A stretch of 64,000 bases of DNA, taken from the NCBI RefSeq assembly GCF_018977255.1, contig NW_024704742.1, forward strand, positions 6,140,001 to 6,204,000, given 5' to 3'. Position 1 is the first letter of the stretch; each line of letters begins with the position of its first letter. The translations under genes and the position numbers were made by a program. The DNA is from Callorhinchus milii (lineage: Eukaryota). The notes below the pieces were generated by a model. It saw nothing but the letters and a program-made list of their open reading frames with translations, ran no database searches and had not been told where the DNA came from. This document shows positions 25,671-37,450 of this stretch, piece after piece.

Positions 25671-27561
25671 ATGTATCAACTTAACCTAGAGGAACACTTT
25701 TTTTTATAAATGCGTTTTTTTTTGTGTGATCTCTAATCAGATGAATTGCATGTGATACTTGAAGCCAGAGGGTAGGAGCAGTGCTACAGCCAGCAGATGA
25801 TCCTCCTGTTGAATGCCTGACCTTTCACAGCCCTTTGATGTTGGCTGCTCACAGCGATAATAAGCGTGTTGTAAGTGGGGCAAGGTGAAAAACCACTCCA
25901 GCGACTTTCTGAGGCTTTGCTCGGCACGTCACCCTCCTCCATCTGTCTAGGATTGAAAATTAAGACGCATTCAGGCAAAGGGAACAGACCGAATGCTGTT
26001 CTTTTGTTTTTACTTCTGGTGAATCCTCATTTCGATCTTTGCACAAAACACAAGAATGTGTACTTGCAGATAATCGATCAATCACCCAACACAGGCGACG
26101 GATAACACGCAGAGCACATCAGTGGTAACATGGAGATTGTGAATTTTATTTGGAGCTTAACACGGGGGCTGAGCTCGGCCGAACAGAGCGGGTTGGTTTT
26201 CTAAGTGTGTGCGCACCGTTACTAATTGAAATTACTCATGTTACTAACTGTTACTACTGCAAGTTACTAATGATGATTGTTGTAATAATATTCCTTGATC
26301 ATTGCTTTTCGTGAAGTGCCCTTGACACCAGGATGATGCCTCCCAAGCACTTCACAAGATTCACTGAAAAATGCAGTGACTGTGTATTTGTAGGTGGACA
26401 TGGCAGACCATTTTGCATACGGCAATGCCCAGTAAACAGCTATGAAGTGAATGACTGATTTTATTTGGGGGATTCTTGGCCAGGACACCAGGAGAAACTC
26501 ACTTGCCTTGTAGAAATCTATTTTCGCCTACAAAATATACAGTCAATTCATTTTACGGCATATTCTGTGAAGCGCTTTGAGACGTCTCGAAGACGTGATA
26601 AGGCGCTGTATCGATTGCAAGGATTATTATTATTATTATGATGATGATGATGAGGAGGTGGAAGCTCTGATCAGCAGTTGTTCTTGACGGAGGGTGTGAC
26701 TCATGTGAAAGGAACATGGACTCGAAGAGCCAGGGACTTGACAATCTGGTGAGAGACCGTTGAAGGCTCGTTGTTCCATTTCTATTCACGCTCACAAGCA
26801 GTTAAAAGGCACCAATTCTGATCTTCTCCAGTTACCTCTGGAAGCACAGAAAGCCACTCGCAGGTAGATCCAGCAGTCTTGGATCAAATGTTGTGGATGG
26901 GTTATCTAATCAACAAAAGACTCTACTATGGATCTCTCAAGTGATATGTTGGTTTAAATTCACAACGATGTCAATGGCTGTGCTATACACCTAAACTGCT
27001 CTGGCAAGGATCTACTGTGCCTCACGCCAGGATAAACAATAAGGCTGAGAGAAGATACACCTGTCCTATCCCATACTGCACCCAAAATGTTAGATATACA
27101 AGGTTAAATGTGTCAGATTTGACAATAAAAGCATATGATATAGGACAAAAGCTGAGCATTTACTAATGTAATGAAGCAAAAAAAACAGATGGATGGAAAG
27201 CACCATTTACATGGCTGCAACTGACTATCAATTCTCTTAAATCATTCAGGAATCTGACCAATGTGAAGGAATGTAGCGTAAAGAGGATGGGTGAACTGCT
27301 GACTAGAGGGGACTAAGGATTTATGATCTTGAGTCTGGTGCTTGTCTTGGTTAGGAATCTGGAGTGGATGACATTGCGTGTTGTACCAGGCATATATTTT
27401 TATTAATCTTTCAAACTTTGGTGAAGAAGTAAGCCAGTGTGGATCGGTATCCAAGACAGATGCACGTAAACATTGCCTAGTATGGCCAAGCCATAAGATC
27501 GTGCACAATCGTTAAGGTTTTTTGCTGGAAGACTGAATGGCACTGTTGAAAAAACAAATGG

Positions 27562-27596
27562 TGAGAGCGAGAGAGAGAGAGAGAGAGAGAGAGAGC
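27562..27596. repeat. (GA)n microsatellite
   Basis: Direct reading. Confidence 0.9.
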
Positions 27597-27744
27597 CTTG
27601 CCTTTGGGGGTCAGTGCTGCAGTATAAATGAGGAAATGTTGCTACTTCTGGAAGCTTTTTAAGCTGTGCTCCAAGGTGAATCGTCAACCAAACCAAGAGG
27701 TAATAGCACCCAGGTCAGCTGAGTAAATCATGTCACAATCCTTG

Positions 27745-27886
27745 GATAGCTATTTGTTAGGTCGTGGTATCAAGGAATATGGGGCAAAGGTGGGTAATTG
27801 GACTTGAGGTACAGATCAGCCATGATCTTATAGGATGGCGGAACAGGCTCGAGGGACTGAATGGCCTACTCCTGTTCCTATGTTCT
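27745..27886 (+). mobile_element. CR1 LINE 3' tail
   Basis: 'ggtatcaaggaatatggggcaaagg...gatcagccatgatctt...gaatggcctactcctgttcctatgttc'. Confidence 0.85.
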
Positions 27887-27924
27887 CCTCAGCACTCATC
27901 TTCCAAGGCATTGAAAGAAAGTTC

Positions 27925-28295
27925 TATCATGTAAATGAAAATATCTCCAGGCACTTTACAGTTATTATGATTTTTCATAGCCAAATTTAGAGCGATTTTG
28001 CCAAAGCAAAATCCCCAAAACATCATAAGGTGAGTCATTCATTTCATCTGGAGGATTATTGGTCAAGAAACCAGGAGAAACTCTCTTCTCTTTTCGACCA
28101 ATAACATAACAAATTTCATGGCCACATGTGGACAAGAGGTTGGGAGCTCTTTAAAACCATCAGCCAAATGACGGCAACTCCAACAATTGTAGCACTCCCC
28201 CCAGTATTGTACTGGAAAGGCAGCCTGGACTACGAGCCCAGATCCTGAAATGGGGTTCGAATCCATAACCTTCCAACATAAGGAGGTGAGAATGT
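27925..28295 (-). mobile_element. Old Deu SINE
   Basis: Reverse-complement motifs 'ccaggagaaactc' and 'gcactccccccagtattgtactgg...gggttcgaatccataaccttc'. Confidence 0.6.
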
Positions 28296-29472
28296 TACCG
28301 GCTGAGCCATGAGTGTGGTCGGGACAAAGCCTGAAATGAACTGCTACCTAGTAAGGTCATTTGAAAGATTTTGCTGGGTGATGTAACCAATATGATTAAC
28401 TGTAGTGCTGATATGCTGCAGAATACCATTCCATTTGAATGTTTGCGCATTTCTTTTTTGCACAATGGTATTGTTTCCTTGTTCAGTTTTCTCTTGTGCT
28501 TTGGTTGGCACTCAGTCATTTCTCCCCAACTGGGAGGCTTGGATAGACTGGCTGGCTCGCCTCTAGATACATACAGCCCTCCACCAGGGACTAGAAATCG
28601 TGTGAAAGGATGATTCAAGCAAGAAAAGCTAAGTGTTGAGATTGTTGTTAATTGATGAGTGCATCAACTCTCCATTGACACAGCTGTGCACACATATATA
28701 TAAGAGAACCAGCATGTTCTGTTGTGTAAAGGGTCCAGACATGCAGGATCTATTTGCACTGTGGATCTCCAGGTTGCTATTTTGATGAAAGTCCCAGGAG
28801 TTTAAAGAGAAGATGTGGGTGTTTTGTATATTTATTTCAGTGCCTTCGACAAGGCGATTGGATGAATCACCTAGCAGGTGCCCGCATTCAAACAAACACT
28901 TGGGTAACAGCATTTCAAGGGATGCAGTCTTGAAATTTCTATTTCTATTTTGGTAAGCAGCTTATTACACTTACACAGTGGTTTGAATATACATTTGCAA
29001 AATTCATAGTAATGTGGCTAAGCTGAAGTCGCGAGATCGAGAAGTCCCAGTGAATGATCGCACCAAGTCAAGCAGTTGTGAAGCACTTTGCAGTATACTT
29101 TTTTTGTTTCCTTAATTAATTTTTTTTTTGCATAAGGCGATGTATAACACTTAACACATGCAGCGAGTGCTGGTGAAATTGCCAGGTTGGCTGGCAACCT
29201 TTGGATTAACTGTGTCATAAATGCTGCTGCTTTCACAGTAATACTGCAGGGCTTCTCTTTGATTTTAAATATATACAGTGGACTATTTTACTAGAGAGGC
29301 CGACAGATGACTTTCAAGGGGTGTTAAGCCTCATGGAATGCACGCAGTTTCGCCCTCCCCACCCACCCCTTAACATGCCGCTGTGGATAGTGCCTGAGCA
29401 GAGAGCTGGCAATCCCAAACAGTGGGAGAGTCCAGAGAAAGAGCAAAAAAAGCATGCATGATATCTGATAAT

Positions 29473-29785
29473 GGGGGTAATAATTCCTTTCAAAACGAAT
29501 AAAAATAATTTGGTCACTCAATCCACGACTGTTTGCGGGGACGCTGCTGTGCGCAATTGGCTGCCGCGTTTCGCCCACGAAATATACAGTCAATTCACTT
29601 TACGGTATGTTCTGTGAAGCGCTTTCAGACGTCTCGAAGACGTGATAAGGCGCTATGTCAAATGCAAGGATTATTGTTCTAGTAATGAATACGTCATCAA
29701 TTACAGTGGCTTCTGTGAAGCGCTTTGGGACGTCCTCCCGACGTGAAAAGCGCTATATCAAATGCAAGGATTATTATTATTATTA
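29473..29785 (+). mobile_element. Young SINE 3' half followed by a second short tail fragment (29710-29785)
   Basis: 'ggggtaataattcctttc...gacgtctcgaagacgtgataaggcgc', then 'gtgaagcgctttgggacgtcctcccgacgtgaaaagcgctatatcaaatgcaagga(tta)n'. Confidence 0.85.
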
Positions 29786-32700
29786 CAGCATGTCCATTGT
29801 TTTGAAGACATTTGCATTCTTTACACAGCCATGAAGAGAGGAATATTCAATACATGGCTGCCAATGAACTTTCTGTATCAAATCTAGCCTTGAGCAATGC
29901 GGGGTACAGATCCTGAGGTCTTCCTGCTCCATGTGGCTTAATTCCATACTGCAATGCAAGGATTATTATTCATATTAATTGATATCTTTAATATTTTTAA
30001 TGGGTACCAAAAATAGAGTGGGAATGGGAAATCCCAGAGGTGATATGCACAACGCAGAATAGAATTTTTATCCTACAAAGAGTTCAACGCAACCCACAGT
30101 AATTCAGTAGAACAAAGTGATGTTGGGTGAGTTCAGAAATTCCCAGTCTGCTTTATAATGGGATTTAGTAGCCGGTAAGTGCTTCCATGTCGTCAAGTCA
30201 CTGATCACCTGACCGGAGCTATCACTGAGCCTGCACGCAGAAAGCTGTCTCGCTCTAAGCCATCTGTGGCGGTCTTGCTAGTCCGGTTCCTGACCCCGGT
30301 GGATCCACAGTATTCCAGGGCGGTATTAGCTGGTTAGACTCCAGCAGTTACCCCAACTCATACTGTTATGACTTACTCTGGTCAAATAACTTCCAAGAAC
30401 ATCTGAAGCCGGACAGATCAGTGAGACTGTGTGGTCTGGCAGCCTGTGTACCGACCGATGTGCTGGTAATAATAATCCTCGCATTTGATATAACACCTTA
30501 TCACATCTTCGAGACGTCTCAAAGCGCTTCACAGAACATAAGTGAATAGACTGTATATTTTGTGGTCGAACGTAAATAGATCTGATCAATGTCAATGCTA
30601 GGGTTATTTTTCGGGGAATGATTAGTTGCAAAGTGTAATTGAGTGACCTGCCTGGGAAGTTTAAATATCATTGGGTTAGATTGATTGATTGGTAAATTTG
30701 TAAACTAACGAGAGCCATGAGGTGGAGTTGGATATTTGATATCTTGTTCAGTTTTCTGAGTAAATGGGTTCGCCAATATGAAAGACTTGACAAAAGGGAA
30801 AACAGTCCACAAGGTCCTGTCTTCGCAGTGTGCATTCTTCTCTCCATTGAGCAATTAAATACAAATCTATAGTAACCTGGTAAATTTCCCATAGATACTG
30901 TTTTATGTTACTCTAATGTGGTCTTTGGGGGCTCACTATGCAGATTTTTGATGCAGATTTTACTTTGGGGCAAGCTTTATGGTATTAAGTCTCCAGTAAT
31001 TTTCCGTCTGAAATTTAATATACATGCAATCATGCAACCATCTCATTACCCAAGGCACATGTCCTGTTTTGCTGTGAGGAGGCCTTTTTTCAGCTAATTG
31101 GGTTGCCTGGAATCTCGAGGCCTAAAGGCCAAGAGGCAGGTCTGCTGATGAAAGAAGTTCTGTGTCGATTAATTGCAGAATGCAAAAGTGAGCATAAGAA
31201 TCCAAAAGCTGCCAGCAAGCTTAATAAAAATATATATATATATGCATACTTTGGGTCATTCTCCATTCAAAAATTGCAACCTGCCAAAATATTATTGTAA
31301 GTGTATTTGAGAACATCATCTTTATACCTTGATGAGGTTGCGGACATATTAAAAGTACATTTTGCTATCCATACGGTTTTCTTTCTTTCACTGTTCCCTT
31401 TTGCTATGAAATACTGGAACCGTGGGAAGGTTTGCTGTGTTCCTGTACTTCCACCTCGTGGACTTACTGTGCTGTAAGCTTTCAATTTAGCGCAGTGTTT
31501 GGGAAGTAAAGGTGTTTCTAATCAAATCTTTCTTCAGTACAAGGTAACATATTCATAATTTAACAGTCCCAAACCACGGGGAAAAAAAATTGCATGAATA
31601 TTCAGACACTTGATTATTCGGCACGAATGCTATGCATTTTTAAACTTTGACTATGCAGTTTTGTTGAAGGTTTTTATTCCTTAAGCGGAGAACAGAAAGC
31701 ATTTATGCTCTTTGAAAAAAATTCAGTCGAAAAATTCAGTTGTGCGAGTCCTGGGTAAAATGCAGCAAATCGTGTCTAAAAATACTTACCTGATGCTTAA
31801 CAATGGCCATAGCGACAAACCCTTATGCTGGAGCATCTGTCATCCTATTTCCTTGTAATTCAGCTAATTCCATTCCCAACAACAAAACACAATGAAAGAC
31901 AATGGACACCAAGAAATGTTTTAACTTCTCTTCCCGCATTCCCTCCTCCCCACAACAGGATTTATTTTGTTTGCATTGAAATCCTGGTTTAACAATGGTC
32001 ACATCCATCAGTGTTCGCTGTTCAAAGGATGAGCTGCATTGACCCTGTCCTGTGTGAGTCAAATTACAGCAGCTGATCACCGGGCAATGTGCAGTCAACT
32101 CCAGTGAAGAGGACAACAGTTGATGTTGTCAAATTATTTTTGATACAAATCACCAGGAATAAAATGCATCAGGAATTTGTATTTTTTTGAAAACCTTTTT
32201 ATCTCTTCACCGCCCACCCCAAACATCCAAACTTCTCGAAGTGCTTCAAAGAATGTTCCGTAAATTGTAGTAACTTGTAGTGGTTGCAGGCAAACACGGC
32301 AGTTCATTTGCGCACGCTATTGCAGGAGGCGTGATGAAAATGACCTTTTTTTTTTCATTTGGAGGATTGTTGACCAGTACGTTGGGAGAATCTCCCTTCT
32401 CTTTACAGTCAGTGCCACGGCATCTTTAACGTGCACTTGAACAGGCAGACGGGACCTTAGTTTAATCTCATAGGAAGGACAGCCCATCGATACACTACTC
32501 CCATTGGAGTGTGAGCCTCGTCTGTGAGCTCAAAATACTACACTATCTTCTGTAAGCAGAATAATAAAATAAGCCTCTATAAATCAGTTAAATAAAAGCA
32601 CTACTTGTGTCTGGAAGCTGGTTGTTTGAGGAGTACATATGAAGTGTGACACAGTACAAGAGTACATTTATAAAATGACTTTATATTACAATGATGCAGT

Positions 32701-33699
32701 GTAGGGCTGCTTAAAGAGCTTAGAATATCATATTTGCACTGGCTAGACTCAAGATACATGAACAATTAAACCGTTAGCACTCACAAACACAAGAATGGGA
32801 CTGTGAAATGCAAAAACGACAGATGCACTCAACACGAAAACCAGACCCCAAACAGAAAATATAATCAATAGATATTAATAATAATGATACTAATAATTCT
32901 CGCAGTTCATATGGCACCATATCACTTGGTCAAGTCATCCCGAAGTGCTTCACGGGATTTGATTGTGAAGCGAGGTGACCTTATGTTTGGAGCCTGACAG
33001 CCAATGTGTACGTACGTGCCCGTGTCCTACAAACAACCATGAAGTGAATGACCAAGTCTATCTGAGAGATTTTTGTCCACGACAGCAGGAGAAACGTCCT
33101 TCTCTTTAATTACAATACGGATTTATGGGGTGCAGCACTCCGAAACACTGCCCCGCGTGAAGGGGGTGCATGTCTACAATTGATATAAAGTTTCTTAGCC
33201 GTTTCGGGGAATGAATTCGTATTAAAAATATAACTGGTGTGGAATATCCTTAAGTCCTGCGCAGTGAAAATTGTACTTTCATTTTGAAAGGTTTGACGCA
33301 AAGCTGTGCCTTACAGTTTTGGGATGGCTTATGTTACAGCGTTAGAAAGCTGTTGCTGCAGAATTAATTCTGACAATTTGGCCTGCGTTGCTTCCTGCTT
33401 GTTTCTCTCTGCTAATTGATGTTATTAATGTGATGAAAAAAAAGTGGAAAGACATTGGCATGCCTGTGTGAAGTGGAGCAGAATTGCTGGATGATTTTGT
33501 CCCAACAGTGGATTGTGCAATGAGTGAGGCAGTACCTCAGGAGAGGCTGCTTTACCAAGTGTGTGTATTATTTTTGTAAAAAGAATATATTTTGCAAAAT
33601 GTTTACACAGCACTTAGAATTCAGAATGAATATTTATTTCGCAACTACTAAAAGAAATGGCAGATTTTGTAACATGCTCATTCCCTCTTCCCCTCTCTT

Positions 33700-34015
33700 A
33701 ATAATAAAAATAATAATAATAATTTTGCATTTGTTATAGCGCTTTTCACGTCTTCGAGACGTCTCAAAGCGCTTCACAGAATATACTGTAAAGTGAATTG
33801 ACTGTATATTTGTGGGCGAAACGCGGCAGCCAATTGCGCACAGCAGTGTCCCACAAACAGTCGTGGATAGAGTGACCAAATTATTATTGTGTTTTTTTAT
33901 CTTGAGGGATTATTATCTTGCATGTGGAGCAAGGAAACTTGCCCATGGTTTTGCCCTGCCAGGAATTGAATCCAGCTCTCTCGCTTGCTCTAACCACTGA
34001 GCTACAGGACGCCAC
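33700..34015 (-). mobile_element. Young SINE with internal deletion
   Basis: Tail through 'aaccactgagctacaggac', with the middle segment missing near 33915. Confidence 0.85.
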
Positions 34016-34994
34016 ACGTTCACTTTCTCTGGCTCTCTGATTTTTATTCTCTCTTGTCCGGTCATTCTCTCTTTCTTACTCCTCTCGCCTTCATTCTTTT
34101 ATCACTGAAAGGGTGCGTGCGCCTCAACAGTTCATTGTAGCTTACACCCTAACTTCTTCCTGTTCCTCTGAACATGGCCGTGTAAAGAATGCAAAGGTCT
34201 TCAAAACAATGGTTATGCTGTAATTGATGACTTATTCATTATTATAATAATAATAATCCCTGCATTTGGTATAGTGCCTTATTAAGTCGCCGAGACTCCT
34301 CAAAGCTTTCCAGAGGCTGGATCTCACATACCGATATCGATGGCAGAGAAATGACTATCATAATTATAATAATAATCCTCGCATTTGATGTAGCGCCTTA
34401 TCACATCTTCGAGACGTTTTAAAATGCTTCAGAGAACATACTGTAAAGTGAATTGACTGTATATTCTGTGGGCGAAACGCGGCAGCCAATTACGCACAGT
34501 GCCGTCCCTCAAATAGTCGTGGATTGAAATAGTCTATTTATGATTTTTTTTTGAAGGAATTATTAACCCTGGAAAACTGATCAACCGGGTTCCTACTTTG
34601 ACTGCTTTCAATGATTTCCTTCAGGAAGCTCATTTGATTGAGCTTGAGACTCGGGACTTGGGTCTTTGCATATCGGTAGATCCACTCAGCCCTACAACTC
34701 TTTGAGATCAATGAAATAAATGTCATGTCTAAACATAGTTTGGGGGGGGGATGAGGTATTGGAGATAGATTCTTTGACTCATCTACTCCAAGGAGACATG
34801 CCTAGATTGGTGATGCTTTGTCACCGTGTTTAGCTGATCAGTTTGTAAACACTCTGTGGAGAGCTGCAAGGAGTTATGGAAAGGTGTGTGGTGTGTGAAG
34901 TTGTGTCTCACTATTCGACAGCACACTCCCAATTTTGGGGACCAAGTTGTGTCATTCACAAACCAGGTGATAACTTCTATCTACAGCCTTCTCT

Positions 34995-35385
34995 TGTGGA
35001 GTCCCATAGCTGAGTGGCTAGCACGCACGCCTTACAAGCGAGAGGACCCTGGTTCGATTCCCGGGCAGAGCAAAACCTTAGGCAAGTTTCCTTACACCTC
35101 TGTTTACCTAAAAGTAAGTAGGAACCTGGTTATTAGTCGATTGGCGGATGGCTAACCAGGGGTAATAATCTTTTCAAAAAAAAGAATAAAATAATAATAA
35201 TAATTTGGACACTCAATCCATGACTGTTTGCAGGACGCTGCTCTGCGCAATTGGCTGCCACGTTTCGCCCACAAAACACACAGTCAATTCACTTTCCGGT
35301 ATATTCTGTGAGGGGTTTTGAGACGTCTCAACGACGTGACAAGGCGCTATATCAAGTGCAAAGATTATTATTATTATTATTATGA
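34995..35385 (+). mobile_element. Full-length young SINE (diverged)
   Basis: 'gtggagtcccatagctgagtggctagcac...ggttcgattcccgggcag...(tta)n'. Confidence 0.85.
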
Positions 35386-37002
35386 TTCTCGATTGACTGA
35401 GAGAGCAAATTGGAGTCAACACGGAGGAGCCCTGTTAAAGCACGGTGGTTGGGCTCTGTAACTTAAACAAAAAAGAGAGGCCGAGGCCACGAGAGCAGGT
35501 TTCACTCTGCAGAGAGATCCCTGCCCACCGGCTAGTGCCCAAGTTGGAAAGAAAAATGGCCAATTTTCCGAGTTGTCAGATGGCCAGTGACATCACTTTC
35601 TGTATGCCCTGCAGAATAAAATAGCTGACGGTGGGGTGGGGGGGGGAGGCCTATTGGTCTGTCCTTCTGATAGAAGGGTCTGCCGGGCTCGAAACCATGG
35701 GGGTCAAAGGAGATTGGCGAATGAGCAGAATCCCTGGATGCTTGGCTGGAGACCCGTCTGGGCATCTGTGAGATTTTTACAATTCCTTCTGAACATCTCA
35801 CAAATTAGATCCTGTTGTTGCGTTGTCAGAAGGAGGATTTAAAATTGTTCCTCAGCCCTCGTTATTAATTGTCCTTGAATTTGGGGAATATTATTATGCA
35901 AATACCGCACTTATCACCCAGCATCATATCTCTGACACATTGTTTACTGCTGGCGGGCTTTCCATCTTCGTATCTCTGCATCAACATCTACTTACATATC
36001 ATCAACCATCAGAATTGGAGACAAGGCTGCTTCGAGACCGGTTACTGCTTTAGGTTGAGATGAAATATATCAAATAAACTATTTTTCTTCCAACAACAGA
36101 AGCCGGTCGGGATCACAGTTCAGCCGTGCCTTTGAAATGATGTACCCTGAGCGCAGTGTGGGAGCAGGCTCTTTTTTTTTTCTGTTGATTGGGGAGTTTC
36201 AGAATGATTATATAAAATTAATTCAGCAAAGCCTCAGATGTAGCTGATAAGTGTTACTGACCTCCTTTTTTTTCTTTCCTCATTGTGTTGTGTGAATTGG
36301 AAAGAGAACAGATAATTTGTGTTACATATAAGTCTGCAGTTTTCTCTCTAGTTTTAAGACTAATAATATAGCGTATACACGTATAGATTTATATATGTCT
36401 TGTCCCTTTTTCTCTCTCTGTCTCTTCCTACTTATTTCTCTCTCTTTGAAAAACCCTGTTAAATAAGCTTCACTCAGCCTAACGGTGCATTTTAGTTCCC
36501 TAGGGCTAGTGTAGGCCTCATTGCATATAAATTACTAATGTGAGAAGTAATTATTAAAATTCTTCTTCCTCTTTCCCACTTAGAACAGGGTGATAATTGC
36601 CTGTGATATCACAGGAGATCAGTACATTGTTGGTTATACACAGCTCCATTACTGTAATCATTGGAGCAGGTTTGGCTGTGTTTAATTCGACATCTAATTA
36701 TTAAGTTGACTACTGTCACGCTGGGGAGAGATCCTGTGTAAAAGATCTGCTTTCTGTTGGCCTTTGTATTTGGAAGTTCCTGTGAGAGAAGCTTCCCACG
36801 AGGCACTAATCACGGCACTTGTTGTGGGAACCTTATCCCACTTTTATATTGTGGATCGGGAGTTTGGAAATCCAGCACAAGATACAAGCCGGAATTGTCT
36901 GTCCTGTGGCAAATGATGTTCAGTGCATGCAACGACATTTTAGCATCATCTACGTGTCACATTGAGGTGTCGAGACTTTCACGAACCACCATTAATATAT
37001 TG

Positions 37003-37156
37003 ATCAAAACACAAAATACTGCAGAAGCTGCAAATCTGAAACAGAAAACAGAAGTCGCTGGGAACACTCAGCAGGTCAGGCAGCATCTATGGAGGAAGGA
37101 AAGTGAGTCAATGTTTCGGGTCCACAATCCGCTAAGTGTTCCCAGCGACTTCTGTG
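37003..37156 (-). mobile_element. Penelope-like element terminal fragment with internal inversion and 12-bp TSD
   Basis: Minus strand reads 'ggacccgaaacattgactc...agatgctgcctgacctgctgagtgttcccagc...ttcagatttgcagcttctgcagtattttg', which I recognise as the chondrichthyan Penelope pseudo-LTR end. TSD attaatatattg at 36991-37002 and 37157-37168. Confidence 0.75.
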
Positions 37157-37252
37157 ATTAATATATTGTGGATGATCTCCATTAAACAAATAATACTTAA
37201 GGGTGAGAATTCCCTTTCCCCAATTTGGAGAAAATTGGAAAAACCCAACAAA

Positions 37253-37450
37253 TGTGGAGTCCTGTAGCTTAGTGGTTAGACCACTCGCCTCGCAAGCGAG
37301 AGGAAGGCAGGGAGAAAACTTAGGCAAGTTTCCTTCCTCCACACACCTCTGTTTAATTAGCAGTAAGTAGGAACCCAGTTGTTCGTCAATTGGCAGATTG
37401 CTTTCTGGGGATAATAAGGCGCTATATCAAATGCAAGGATTATCATTATT
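37253..37450 (+). mobile_element. Young SINE with two internal deletions
   Basis: Head 'gtggagtcctgtagcttagtggttagaccactcgcctcgcaagcgag'. The body joins the tail directly at 'gggataataaggcgctatatc'. Confidence 0.85.

Noticed and set aside
27242..27508. - strand ORF with HWL...TQDH reminiscent of a LINE RT C-terminus
   Set aside because: Too degenerate to assign by eye; would need a translated repeat search.
371..36450. Scattered CTTTG(A/T)(A/T) TCF sites as an autoregulatory array
   Set aside because: A degenerate 7-mer is expected many times in AT-rich DNA of this length, and no clear clustering was demonstrated.
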